NCBI GenBank assembly: GCA_973895155.1
Contig: OZ316893.1
Location: forward strand, 14,042,645-14,106,644
DNA: 64,000 nucleotides
Reading direction: 5' to 3'
Origin: Marsupella aquatica
Lineage: Eukaryota > Plantae > Marchantiophyta
Shown: positions 27,165 through 40,596 of the stretch, in pieces
Numbering within the stretch: position 1 is the first letter of the stretch
How the letters are laid out: each line of letters begins with the position of its first letter
Program-made: the position numbers and the translations under genes
The notes under the pieces: model-generated
Databases searched by the model: none
What the model was told of the DNA's origin: nothing
What the model saw: the letters and a program-made list of their open reading frames with translations, nothing else

Positions 27165-30100
27165 CAACAGGAATACCAAAGACCTGTCACCCAAGGTCAT
27201 TCCAAAAACCATGCATTGCCTGCTCCCAGGGCAAGATGATTACCGCCCCCTCCATCCCAAAAACCGAAAACCATATCCCCGCATTCCTTGAGAGACTCCA
27301 TGCGGACGTATGTGGACCAATCGACCCACCAAGTGGACCATTTCGATACTTCTTGGTAGTGATAGACGCCAGTTCTAAGTGGTCCAGAGTATCCTTATTA
27401 TCAACCCGCAACCTAGTCTTCCCCAGAATCCTTACACACATCTTAAGACTAAGGTCACAATTCCCTGAAAATCCAATTAGAACCCTTAGAACTGATGGAG
27501 CTGGTGAATTCACTTCTAGAACCTTTGATGACTTCTGCACAATAAATGGAATTGACTCCCAACATAATGTACCCCATGTCCACTTCCAGAATGGACTAGC
27601 GGAGTCACTTATTAAACGTATACAACAGATTGCTAGACCACTATTAATGCAATCATCACTCCCAACATCAGCATGGGGCCATGCAGTATTACATGCTGCA
27701 ACCCTACTCCTTTATAGACCATCAGCCTTTAACAGCAACACACCTTATCACCTAGCTTTCGGGCAACCATCAAATATCTCACACCTAAGAATATTTGGAT
27801 GCCAAGTCCTCATCCCCATACTAGGTCCTCATAGAACCAAAATGGGACCACAACGGAGGAAAGGCATCTATGTAGGATTTGACTCAACATCTATCATACG
27901 ATACATGGAACCTACAACCACTGACATATTCAAAGCCCGTTTCAGCGATTGCCATTTCTATGAAAACATTTTCCCAACCATTAACACGCAAGAGGGAAAA
28001 CATAAGTCATACACCAAAACACTCACATGGCAAGCTTCCCCGGCACTTTGCCCAGATCCTCGAACTAACCAAACTGAACTAGAAGTCAATAGGATACTTC
28101 AATTAACCAAGATCATGGAGTCCTTACCCGACTCATTTGCTGATGCTACACATGTAACTAAATCCCATATACCAGCGGCTAATACACCATCCCGCATACA
28201 AGATCAGAGACTATCCTCTGACACACTCCCACAACTCAAAAGAGGGAGACCACTAGGAGCAGTCGACAAACAACCTAGAAACAAGCGTAGACCTCCTACA
28301 CCAACCAACCATACGAGACCACCATCCCAACCAGAGATAGCCATTAACTACAACTCCACTGGTAACATACTAGATAGAATGATGATCAACCCTGATCTCA
28401 TATTTGCCTCTCATGTAGCAAATGATATTAACAACCTACCAGATCCCAAATCAGTGACCGAAGCACAAAAACAAATAGATTGGAGCAAATGGCAAGAGGC
28501 CATGAACTCCGAATTAGACTCCTTGATATCTAGAAAAGTCTTTGGACCTATAACCGTAGCTTCCCCAGACCAACACCTCACGGGATATAGGATGACATTT
28601 GTTAAAAAGCGAAACTCACAAGGAGAAATACTAAGATATAAAGCTAGGCTGGTTGCTAAAGGCTACACACAAGTTTATGGAACTGACTATGCCCTGACAT
28701 ACTCACCTGTCATGGACGTCACCACATACCGCTATTTGATAGCATTTGCTATACACAACAAACTGTTAATGCAACAAATGGATGTTGTTACCGCTTACCT
28801 TTATGGTAAACTGGACAACGTGATTTATATGGAAGCCCCGCCTGAACTCATTGAGAGAGTAAACTTCCATGCAAATTCAAAACATAATCCACATATGCAC
28901 AATGATAATAGTGCAAAATCATTTGACTATATGAACAAATTGGTACTCCACAATGCTTCCAAAGCAATTGCATTACAAGAACCTAGAAAGGATCATAAGG
29001 CAACCGGAGCAAAGACCCGGTATGCAGTTCAAGTCCTTAGTTCCCTTTACGGACTCAAACAGAGTGGACGTACATGGTACCACAGATTCAAAAATCAAAT
29101 GATATCCATGGGATATAAGAATTCTGAAATAGCTCCTTGCTTATTTATAAAGCATGAAGGACCTGAATTCATAATCATCGCTATATATGTTGATGACCTC
29201 AACCTCCTTGGTACGAAAAAGATGATGAATGAGTCAATGCAAACACTAAAAAGCGTATTTGAAATGAGAGACATGGGCAGAACTTCTTATTGCATTGGAC
29301 TCCAATTTGAACATTTGGAAAAAGGCATTCTTTTACACCAAACTACTTACACAAAGAAAACATTACAACAATTCAGAATGAATATGTTGAAGCCTGTTAA
29401 ATCCCCCATGGACATCCGTACCCTTGATAAGGATAAGGATATGTTTAGAAAAAGAGAAGAATTCGAACCTATATTAGGTTCAGATATGCCATACCTTTTG
29501 GCTATCGGTGCTCTTATGTTTTTATCTAATCAAACAAGACCAGACATAGCATTTTCTGTCAACCTACTGGCGAGACATAGTTCTCAACCCACTATAAGAC
29601 ATTGGAACGGGCTAAAATGGATTTTCAGATACCTTAATGGTACATCCGACCTCGGCCTATATTTTCCTAATGAGGATAACCATAAGTTGAAAGGATATGT
29701 TGACGCCGGATACCTTTCTGATCCACATGACGGTAGATCTCAAACAGGATATATATTCTTAATGGGATCAACACCAATATCTTGGAGAAGTACTAAGCAA
29801 ACACTTGCAACCACTTCTTCAAACCATTCAGAAATTATTGCCCTTTATGAGGCTACTAGAGAATGTTTATGGCTAAGGCAAGTAATAGACCATATTCTTA
29901 TTCAAACAGGTAAACAAAACTTAACCATGCCTACAACTATATTTGAAGACAATATGTCATGCATCACTCAAATCAAATCAGGATTTATAAAAGGTGAACG
30001 CACAAAACATATTGCACCCAAGTTCTTTTTCTCACATGAACAACAAGGAAAAGACATCGACATACAATGGATTTCAGGAGACAAGAACCTGGCCGACATC

Positions 30101-30610
30101 CTAACAAAATCTCTACCCCCATCTACTCATAGAACACTAACTCACCTCTTGGGGATGCAAAGTCTTAAGAAACTGATGCAGGATTCTAACATTGAGGGGG
30201 AGAATGGATTTTTCTACAACAACACTATTGAAGAAGAATGACTACTTACTATGAAGAAGCAAACCATCAAATACTACCACAAAGGAGATCAAGACATCCT
30301 CAAGAACACCAATAACTCAAATACAGTACAATGAAGACAATGGAGACAACAACCTCTATGGAGCCTAACAACATAGAAAACACAAATAAAACCAATATTG
30401 TACTCTAGACCTAACATACATACAAAATAGATCATACAAAAGAGATGGAAGGTGGCAATACTCTTTCCTTCCATGATGTTAGTAGGGAAGGTTTTAATGA
30501 GACTGCACCTCCATCATCTCACAATATAACATAGGTATAAGATATCTAACTGATAGCAACTTAGATTGGTCGTTATAATTTCATCAAAAACTATAACACC
30601 CAAGGGGGAG

Positions 30611-30745
30611 TGTTATACCCTAACTAGGATTAGATATCTTAACCTGAGTTAAGATCTAACCAAGATCTAACTCAACTACCTCATGTATATATATTGGACA
30701 CATGAATAAGATTCATTACATTGTTGGAGTATATGGTTTGTAACA
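30611..30745 (+). repeat. 3' LTR of Bianca-like element
   Basis: Follows the PPT and is followed by the GGTAC TSD. Confidence 0.95.
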
Positions 30746-31214
30746 GGTACACATTCCATGGCCACTTTGGGTTGAATTTTAAATTGAGGAGTCCGGTGCA
30801 AAGACATGCCCATTAGAACCCTCAACGGCAACATACTGCTTTACAGCACAGAAGCACCACACCTACAGTCGACGACCTACTGTAGTAGGGGTGTAGTAGG
30901 GGATTATTCCATCCGACTAAAGCGTACTACAGTCTACGCCCCACAGTAGCACCCGGGCCGTGAGAGCCCGGACTTCCCAACGCGGCTGAAAACGTCGGCA
31001 ACGCTAAACTAGCGAGCCGCTTCTTCTGGGGGACGCATCGACTGGGCTTTTAGCGGTGGTCCAACTCCACTCGGCTTGACCCGGAACCGGAACCGGAGCT
31101 GGAGCGTTTCTTCGTGGTTACCTTCCCGCGACCGAGAGGGTACGGTTACTTAACCAGCCTGACTTTTAATACTTGGGCGTGACACTTTCTACTACTGTAC
31201 AGCGTGGACGGCAC

Positions 31215-31271
31215 CCGAGCCGAGCCCACCCGAGCCGAGCCGAGCCGAGCCGAACTGAACCGAACCGAATC
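31215..31271. repeat. (CCGAG/CCGAA)n pentamer run near the presumed promoter/TSS of the downstream locus
   Basis: ccgagccgagcccacccgagccgagccgagccgagccgaactgaaccgaaccgaat. Confidence 0.7.
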
Positions 31272-31705
31272 GAGCCTCGTCCGGAGAATCTTTCGACCGA
31301 CCAGCGAAGCCGGACCTGAGCTTTCTTCAGCCCGCAGCTCGAGAAGAGACCGAATCACCGAATCGTATGTGGTTTTTGCAGAGGAACGAGAGCAGCAGCT
31401 GGATCTGATCGATGGGATGGTAGATGTTGCTTGAAGGATTCGTTGATTGATGATGGTGGGCTGCGGAGAAGCTGCGTACCTCGAGATTCCGAGCAAAGCG
31501 AGGGCAACTTGGAAGCGGGGGACTTGGGATTGAGCGAGCCGCTGGTGCTTGGAAGGTGGGATTGATCCACTTTAGATTTTGAGAAAGCAAGGCGGAGAGG
31601 GAACAGATGGAGAAACGGAACAAGAGATCTGCTGCGACTTGGGTCGCAGATTGCTGCTGAAAAGGTGGAGGAGGAGAGGAGGGGATTGAGACGCTGAAAG
31701 ACGCA

Positions 31706-32638
31706 ATGAGCGGCTGGGGTGCGCACATTCGAGTTGCAGTGGGGGCTGTGGCCGGCGGCATTCTGGGATTCTATGTTATGCACCAAGCGGAGGCCGCATA
31801 CAAGGTACTTATGTGTGTGTGATTCCGTGTGTGGCTCTTCGCGTGTGATTCTTCGTTATGGATTATTGGTTGTCTGTGGGAGCAACCGGACTATCTTGGT
31901 CTTCTTGAGCTGCGGATAAATCGATGGATGGATGTAACGGGGAAGGACTGAATGGGTGTTTTGTCTTGATTTCCGGGTGGATCCTTGATGATGATGACAC
32001 AAGGCTGCACCCGATTTGATGTCTTTCCTGATTGAGCTCGGGGTTCTATTCCGTTGTGTTGCTATTTTCTTTTCGTGGAGCTAGTTTCGGTGAGTTTTTC
32101 GAGGATTCGTGCTTCTCTCACGCGAGAATTTTGATGGAATTCTGCGAGTATTTAGTCCATGCTTTGCTCTGGAATTCTTTTGAACGCCTAGGGACTGGAG
32201 CGATCTTGTTACCTTTGTTGGCGTGCTTGAAGTTCAGCTCCTTTTAGTTATTTGGATTACGTGTTACTTCAAATCACCTGAGATTTGGTATCAACCGCAA
32301 GAATGGCCGGAAAGCCGATCTGCCTGTCTTGGTAATGAAAAGATTGCGTTCCGGTCGCGACAATTACTTAAAGATTTCTGCCTATTAAAGATTTCTGCCT
32401 ATAAACAATACACAACGGAACAATTAGTCGCTGGCGTGTGACGAAGACTGATCGCTCAGGGTTTAAGCTCTTTCCCTGACTTGACATGATTTAGTTCACT
32501 CGGGCTAAAGTGTTGTTCGCTTACTTGCGGGAGCAGGAGCACATGAGAGAGGAGTACCTAAGGTATTTGGAGGAGAAGCAGGCTCTCGAAGCTACCACGT
32601 CGAGCAATAGTAATGCGGAGATTCTACAGGAGTCTTGA
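31706..32638 (+). CDS. 66-aa single-pass membrane micro-protein (2 exons), absent from the ORF track
   Basis: Exon 1 31706-31804 (AAG|gtactt) plus exon 2 32537-32638 (gcag|GAG), phase 0: MSGWGAHIRVAVGAVAGGILGFYVMHQAEAAYK-EHMREEYLRYLEEKQALEATTSSNSNAEILQES*. Good start context gcaATGa; Gly-rich hydrophobic helix followed by a charged helix. Confidence 0.72.
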
Positions 32639-32776
32639 AAGTCACTGGAAAGCATATTTTGTGGCTTGACCAGTGATAACGTACAAGTCAGATTTAGGGT
32701 ACAAATTGGAAAGTTGCGCTGAGAATAGGCAGTAGGTTTCTGTGGGGAATGCGGGACTGGTCTCCATGAATCGACA

Positions 32777-35482
32777 ATGTTGCTGCATTTCAGAGATCCG
32801 GCGAGGCTGAAAACTAGAAGGGTGAGTTTTGTATCACTTCGTTTCTTCCGTGTAGATTCTTGCAGGTTTTCTCTATCATCTCTCTCGTATTCATACCGAT
32901 GGTTGGACGTACTTGGGTTACGGAATAAAATTATGGAAACGCTTTGTATCTATTTTCTTTTTGGCGTTAGGGATGTATTTGATGAGGAACCATAGCAAAA
33001 TTAGAGAAATTACTGTGTAAGTAAATGTATGACTCCAAATTGTACAATGTTGCGTTAAATACGTTGCCGGCCTGTCTCATCAGGTACAATTTGAAGATAC
33101 GTACTATGCTCGGGATTCCGGGACCTTAGAACAACTCAAACAACTTAGCAGCAGTAGGAAAGCTATCGAAGAGTCTATCAATGGCAGTAGTCACCTTACT
33201 CCAGCCATCGCACGGGAGATGGCGGGTGGAATTACATCTCCAATTTTACAGGTGCTTTTCGTTCTGCATTGCCAGATGTCTAATCGCCTTGTCTCATTTT
33301 CACCTGTTTTGGTTTAGGAACAAAACCGTAAAATATAACCTTCTTTTCGTGATTTCACAATGGCATTTTACAATCCGTTGTGGCCTCTCCTTACAATCCG
33401 GGCTCTGCCCTGTGGGCACAGGATTTGTTGAAATTGGAGCGGTACATTCCCCTGCTGGAGAATTTGGTCTTGTGTGTTGAGCGCGTAAAGAGATCCAAAC
33501 CAGCAGTCACTCAGTGGACAATAGATCTCAAATTCCGTTGGACAAGCCCTCTAAGCCGTCCCAGTGTGACAGGGCTGTCGGGCCCGAAATTCTTCCGAGT
33601 GGATGACCTACGATATGAACTAGGCATGAGTCTGTTCCTCTATGCTGCCCTCCTGAGGGAGAGAGCTCTGGAAGTGCTCCCGACAGGTACGAACTCTCCT
33701 CTTGGAATGTAGATGAAGTGCGCATTGAACGGTACACCGACAGATGTACCAGATGATGGTATAGTGTGTTCTTCGTTCGTAGCTCAGCTTAATGCTTACT
33801 TGTTGTGCAACACTTATACAAACTATAAGTACTGGTTGCAGATATGACAGAGTCTGCGACATATTTTAGAAGGGCATCCGGGGTTTATCAGCATATGGCT
33901 CAGGAGGTTCTTCTACCATTGGCCTCTACATTACCTCCAGATAGGCCTCCTGAAGCGACGATGTCAATGGCAACAATCATGAGCATCGTGAGCCTAGCAG
34001 AAGCACAGGTATTGTACCTATTTCTATGTCTAGAATTTCTAATACTGAGGTCAAGATGATAGGGATTTCTGACCATCAAGACTGGGAATCTGGAATTTTT
34101 TTATTCAGTTATTGAATAAGACTTACTCAGGGATCCAATGGCTTTTATACATAATCACCATTTTTATAGGGTTTACCTCGTACTCTACTAATAGTTTTAG
34201 TCTGTTTCATCGATACTTGGAACCGTATCGTTCCAGTCTTTCCCCTTGACGTCAACATGTTCACTGCTGTGAAAATTTAAGAGAGGAAATAAGATACCGG
34301 GGTGGGCTATGTTGACAGGCTGTTACAGTTCGCAAGGCTGAGGAGAAAGGGGCCAGTGGGAGCCTTCTCGCAAAGCTCCACTACGGAGTAGTCCAATTTT
34401 TGGAAGATGCTCTCCTCTTGCTGCGCACGCAAATCGGCGATTGGAATGATGTCTCCGAAAAATTTCGAGTAAGTGGGATATTCCCGCCTTCCGGATGCCT
34501 TTAAACACCCTTATGCCCTTAAATACCGCTGTCCCTGTGCCCTGTTTCCCTATAGCTTTGCGACAACACAGTGACAATTAAGCGAGACAACTGAAAGTCA
34601 GCAATCACTGCTTTTCACTTTGAAATTTACTAGCCAGTCTTTAACTCAAGGGCGTTCACAGCTTGTAGCCCGAAAGCCATAAGAGAACTCTTAGGAAGCC
34701 TTTGAAGTCGATGTGATGTTCAGAATCTCTGAATACTCAGCGGTCTAGTTTTATTGTTGGGCTCGCAGGCGACATTTCTAAAATTGTGATCTGAAGATAC
34801 TGAACTATGCTTTTCCTCGTGCAGAAATATTTGACCATCTGCAGCGTCCTTCATGAAGCCCGAAGTCAACGCTACATTGCCGAGGACTACAGGAAAGCCG
34901 AGATGCTTGGGGTTGCTGTTGGCATTTTACGTCATGCTATGAGTCGTGTTAAACAAGTTAGGACACCAAGTAAGATTCTGCTCCGGTGATAAAAAGATCA
35001 TGGGGATCGACGAATGTTTTTTGAATGGATTTGTACGAGTGGTCATACTGACAATATGACGAGAACGACTTCGGTTAGTTGATACAGTCGCATGATACAA
35101 TTGCATGATACTCATTCAAGCTAAATTATAGACACTGGATTTGTCTATGTTCTTACTTTGAATGCTTGTTATACCTGGTCCAAATCTGAAAGTGCCATGG
35201 CATAAAAATGCGATCGCATGCCCGAATCTAAGCTCGTTTCACTTGGTACCTTACTTCGACTGGCCTTCTTGTGCAGGTGAGGATGGTTGGAAAGACTTGT
35301 TCAGGCAGGAGGTGGACGCCTTAGCACATCTGTTGCGACGATGTGAACAAGAAAATGAATATATCTGGAGGGAAAAGGCCTTTCGACTCGATGAGCTACC
35401 TATCCTTGAAGGGAAAAAAATTGTAGCACCAATATTGTATCAAGCATTTGGCCTGGATCGAGATTTCATCTTTGTCACATGA
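32777..35482 (+). CDS. BRAF: Endosomal BRO1-domain protein (BRAF/At5g14020-like), 7 exons
   Basis: Exons 32777-32821, 33084-33251, 33422-33686, 33842-34008, 34319-34468, 34825-34969, 35277-35482 join in frame: LKTRRVQFE..DSGTLEQLKQLSS.RKAIEESIN..IAREMAGG; LRYELGMSLFLYAA; FRRASGVY; SLAEAQAV; LLAKLHYG; EQENEYIW. Confidence 0.88.
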
Positions 35483-38400
35483 GTGCTGAGAACTGTATAG
35501 ATTTGTAAGTATATTTAGGGTGGTTTCAGGGCCGCATTGAGGTCCCTTAGTAAACCCGACCTACCCAATCTTAACCGAAACACTGGCTGTAGAGGATCCG
35601 AGAATTTCCGATTCAGTCAATTATTACAATGAAGAGTGTATATCTTTGGCGGAGGTCTGAAGGTGATTGTAAGGCATTCACTGCATATCAGATACATTTT
35701 ACGAAATCGGCATGTGTCTCTCGATTCTGATGTGCCTGCGTGATTATAGAAGGATGGTTTTGGTTGCTCTTCAGCAAATTGGCTGTGGCCCACCCACATT
35801 CGTTATTTTTCGACAGTTACGTGCCAGCAGCCACTATTCAAATTACTGTGACACACTGAAATACTATAACAGCAGCACGTTTGTGAGTGTGAGTGAAAAT
35901 TGTGGGGGATGCACAGTAAAGACAGATGCGCTTGGAGTTTCTAGGAGGAGCAGATACCAACCAGTGGCAGTAGCAGGAGGAAGCTGCTGCAGGTTTGTCC
36001 TGTACTCGAGACTTACCCAGCGAAGAGGACGACGATATCTACACATTGTTTAAATAAAACGAGTCTGAACTTGGGCTTTTGATCCAAACATCTGGTGGCA
36101 TGACATCTGTGAGTATTCCTTGTGAGCATTCTTGTTTTAGGAATCAATACGTGCACGCGGTGATTCAGAACATCTAGATCTTATTTGGATCTTGAGTTCA
36201 TGTGCTTCCAAATGGGGAATTCTTTTGGTCGCCTTGTACAGATTTAGGGCGTTCCCACTGTATGTCCTTGGTGAGGTTCGCCACAATTCACCCTGTCGTA
36301 TCATGCCAGCTGACTGTAGAACTATTCAATACGTACATACACATTGTTCAGACTCAGCAGCACGATTTACCTTTGATAATGCTACCAGACCCCTTGGCAC
36401 TGAATACCTCTAATTTTCCTTCTGTAATTTTCCTTGAATCATGTCGAAGAAATCACCGAGACTTCCCCAGTAATAATGGGAGGGATTTGAGGGTAGCACT
36501 TCTGCATGTTCATAGGGTCCTCATAGAAGGAAGGAGGGCTGAATTAGAAAACCAACTTTACCCACACAACCGCTTTATTGTCCACAATTATTTCGGAAAT
36601 AACTGAGCTGAACCCCAGTAACCAGCTACATCAGCTACTGTACATTATTGGTCAGCTTCCTTGCAAACTGACCTTCACATCAGAATCCTTTGACTAACAC
36701 AAATTAAAAGAGAAGGGTTTGCTGAAGGAACCTTTCCTAGGCACTCATACACCCGTGACCATGTTCTCTTCTTTCCCTTGTCCCAGAAGTTTCTTGCCAT
36801 GGTCAGCTAGATCGGGCGTGCTCTCCCCTTTCCCATGTCCCCTCCTCCCCTCATGGAGTGCTCTACGAGCATCCCACTGGTCAGCTAGCTCAGTAACTGT
36901 TTCTTTAGAAGTGCAATTGCTAATGAAATTGTAGTCGCAGACAGGATGTGCTGTGAAACAAAGGAGACCTGGTAGACAACCAATGGGGAGCCACTTCTGT
37001 TTTGACTATATGTGACCTATTTTTGACAACTACTACTATGTAGCCCCACAGGTGGGGGTGCTCTCAATAGGATTGTGTCATTGACTTCTTGTGTTGCCTT
37101 GATTAAGAGAAGTCCTTAAGCTGACTTCAGTTTTCCCTCGCGAACCACTGTAGGAGTCTTCTCCCTTCTAATCCAGACTAGGTTTTCCCTCGGAAACCAT
37201 TGTAGGAGTCTCCTGCCTTTGGGATCGTGACTTCAGAGCTCTCTTGCAAACCACTGTAGGAGTATCGTGCCTTTGGGATCCTGTCTCTCTGTCTGGAGCG
37301 TTTTGTTCTTCTGCAGTGTGATGTACAGGAAGTTGCTGCCCTGTGCAACCATTAGTAGGCACACTGATCTACTCTATTACCATCTTCCCACTACCCCGGA
37401 GTTGTTGCTTTTCTGCAACCAGTAGTATCTACTCTATTCCCATCTTCCTACTACCCCCTAAAAGTTGGCCTACACACCCGCTATCACCCTCGATCCACTC
37501 GCATCACAAAACACTTGAAAGCAGATCTAGCGACTGACGATTGGGGTTCAATTAAGGAAGGATTTACAAACACTTTACAACAGAAATTTCGCGTTTTTCT
37601 CCAGTTATGACATATCAGGTCTTACGTTCCGTAACTCAGTGGACAAGCACCATTGAACTGGAAGCAGAGCAATGTTAAGGTCAAAGTTTCCCCTGCTTAA
37701 ATTGAGGATTCTCAATTTCTGTCGCATTTCTGACTGGATCAAGACAATTCCAAAGGGAATTCATGCTCAAAACTCCCCTCAGCTGCGACAAAAACCAAAG
37801 CCATGGTTGACTGTGAGAACATGAGTACCTGCCGTGCGTCGGCTCTGTAACACCTCCCTCCGACAAGCAGCAATGTAAGGTAAAGTAAGGACTTCAAAAC
37901 CTAAAACAGAACACTTCAAGCGGTCGTTCGAAACATACATTCTCACACTGCATAGTGAACTCATCGTCATCATCAGTCGAATGGACCCCATTGCATCCAT
38001 GCATTTGCGAGAATGCAGCATGAGCATCTTGTGGTCGTTCCCGAGTAATGGGTCGTAGGATGGGGCATTTGATCTGTACTTATCTTTGATATTATCCATG
38101 GACATAAAGAAAAAGAGAGAGAAAGAGGGTTTAGGGTTTATTATCCAAGGTTGCGATAGCTACAAAAACAAAGACAGACAAATTTATCGGAGCAACACCA
38201 CCACCAACAAAATGAACTTAGGAGGGAGATAACTAAATCAACTCCTCAAAGGAAGAAAGGTGAGAATTAGGACAGAGGAAAAACGAAGTTCACTAGGAGA
38301 TCAAAATGAGGAGCGTGGCAGTAGGGGGCAGTACTCGATCTACTGCCTCCATCCTGCAATGTGAATCCTGATTGAGAATAATACAACAGAGCACTTCCAC

Positions 38401-38518
38401 AAATTCGAGGTGGTGCAAATGTGAATCCTGAATGAGAATAGTACAACAGAGCACTTTCCACAAATTCAAGGTGATGCCTGCAGGAGAGGACACAGCCGTC
38501 GTCAGGGAGAATACTACA

Positions 38519-38864
38519 CGGACAGATGAGAAGTGTCTGAAGTCAGATGAACACGGTGAAGAACGTCTTCCTTGTCCTTTGACTTCTTACACCTTGTCTA
38601 ACTTGATCCTCTGGCCCATTTTTCGAGAGAGGCGCCTAAACCCAGAAGTTTGACATGTTATTGGTTTGGTTAGGACCACATATAAAGATCGGACAGATGA
38701 GAAGTGTCTGAAGTCAGATGAACACGGTGAAGAACGTCTTCCTTGTCCCTCTGACTTCTTACACCTTGTCTAACTTGATCCTCTGGCACATTTTCGAGAG
38801 AGGCGCCTAAACCCAGAAGTTTGACATGTTATTCGTTTGGTTAGGACCACATATAAAGATCGGA
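38519..38864. repeat. Recent ~171-bp tandem duplication
   Basis: cggacagatgagaagtgtctgaagtc...ggaccacatataaagat starts at 38519 and 38690, nearly identical. Confidence 0.92.
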
Positions 38865-39160
38865 AGCCCGGTCTTTCCAGCAGCTTGAATTTATAATTCC
38901 TGCCCTAATTTCTCCCTCCCTCGTGTGACTCCAGTGTGATGCTTGGGCGGGGTTCGGAACAACTAAAGCAATCAGACCATTCCCATCTGTCTAGCTGAAT
39001 GAGCATTCCCACAGGTCTCACTGAATGTCAAGCTAAACGAGCATTCCCACAGGTCTCACTGAATTTCCCTAGTAACATTCAGATAGCTTACAGTCTGGTG
39101 CAACCATATCCACGTGGTGTGAGTCTCACAGCACTACCCCCCTACCCAAACCCATAAATC

Positions 39161-40149
39161 GCAAAATGCCTTTACCGTGTGATGGATCCTCGCCGTCCGG
39201 TGAGACAAAGATCTATGCATCTATACCGTCTGCAGTGTTTCACGAGGCTTGGGGCAGGCGCTACCACATGCCCCAACTTGCTAGTTCTGGCCCAGGAGAG
39301 ACAAGTTTGGGTGGGCTGGGAGGGAGGATTTGAACTTATTAGTCCATCCCGGTGGGAATTTATTACTTTTTTGGAGTACAGTGTGCAAAACACTAAAGTC
39401 CCCTTACCCATTCCCCTACGCACATGCAAAATGCCTTGACCTTGTGATGGAGCCGGGCCGTCCGCTGACGCAAAGATCTATGCATCTCCACCATCTGTAG
39501 TGTTTCACGATGCTTGGGGCAGGCCCTACCGCATGCCCCAACTTGCTAGTTCTGGCCATTGAGAGACAAGTTTGGGTGGGCTGCCCCAGGTTTGGACTTT
39601 TCAGGCAAATAGAGCCTTTAGAGGCTATCAACCGGCAGGTCAGCACCCAGACCGTCCCGGTCCCGGCCCGAGTTTAACTCCTCCCCTCCCATCCCCTGGT
39701 CAGCACACCACTCCCGGGGCCGGAGTTCAGGGTTAGGCCGGGCCGGCAGGGAGGAGGGGGAGTTTGGGAGGGGAGTTTGGGAGGTGGGGAGGAGGGGAGG
39801 AGGCCGGGCCGACCGACAGAGAAGGAGGGGAGGAGGCTGGGTGCAGGGCAGGGCCGGGTCCAGGTGAGGAGCTGGGCCAGGTGCAGGGTCCGGGATGAGG
39901 CTGGGTATTGGCCGGGAATAGTTCGGGCCGGGCTGTGGCCGTTCGGATCTTGGCCGGGAATGGTTCGGCCGGGGAATAATCGGGAATATCCGGCAAATAG
40001 AGTCATTTTTGTTCGGCAAATGATGAGTTTACGTGCTGGGAAACTTGCCCGTAACTTCAAACCAGGGTGGGCTGGGGGACAGAGTTTGAACCTAGTGCAT
40101 CCTGGTGGGAATTACTTTTTTGAAGTACAGTGTGCAAAACACTAAAGTC
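39161..40149. repeat. Older ~265-bp tandem duplication; the second copy is split by an insertion
   Basis: gcaaaatgcctt...gagagacaagtttgggtgggctg at 39161 and 39426; tail ...agtacagtgtgcaaaacactaaagtc at ~39375 and ~40124. Confidence 0.85.
39584..40066. mobile_element. GC-rich non-autonomous DNA transposon (hAT-like)
   Basis: gtgggctg is duplicated on both sides. Imperfect TIRs cccaggtttg / caaaccaggg, with many internal GGCCGG motifs. Confidence 0.65.
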
Positions 40150-40596
40150 ATTACCTGCTGGGTTACCTTGCGTGGTGGGAATGCTCACAGGTTTCCATTT
40201 CTAGGCGCAGTGCTTTTCTGTGTTGGCCAACTAATAGCAGCTACCACCCAGAGATCTAAATGATGGAGACGCCCATACTTCTATCCCTGTGGATGACAAT
40301 TCTTGTTATTGTGACTAGAAGCATTGACTTGAACTATGCACTGGCTAGATTACTTTACGCACCACACCAGTGCGGGTGAAAACTGAACTGGACATTAAAT
40401 TTTGGTCTAGTATAATAGATGTAGAAATAAAATGCTCAGTTCTATGGGTTTTGGAGTTTAGAAATCTTGATTTTCTCCTTGGTTGGCCTAGTGAACATGG
40501 GTTTCATGTTTATTTTTATGTTTGAATAACCTTTCTGAGGAAGCATGATGGCAGACTTCAAGGATTGCTGGAGCCAGAAAGACTATTTGTAAATCA

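Noticed and set aside
35864-36700. Possible decayed F-box/kelch gene on the minus strand, and the 134-aa plus-strand ORF
   Set aside because: Only weak motif-like fragments with many stops; no family can be supported.
39618-40145. Pro/Gly-rich ORFs on both strands
   Set aside because: By-products of the GC-rich transposon interior.
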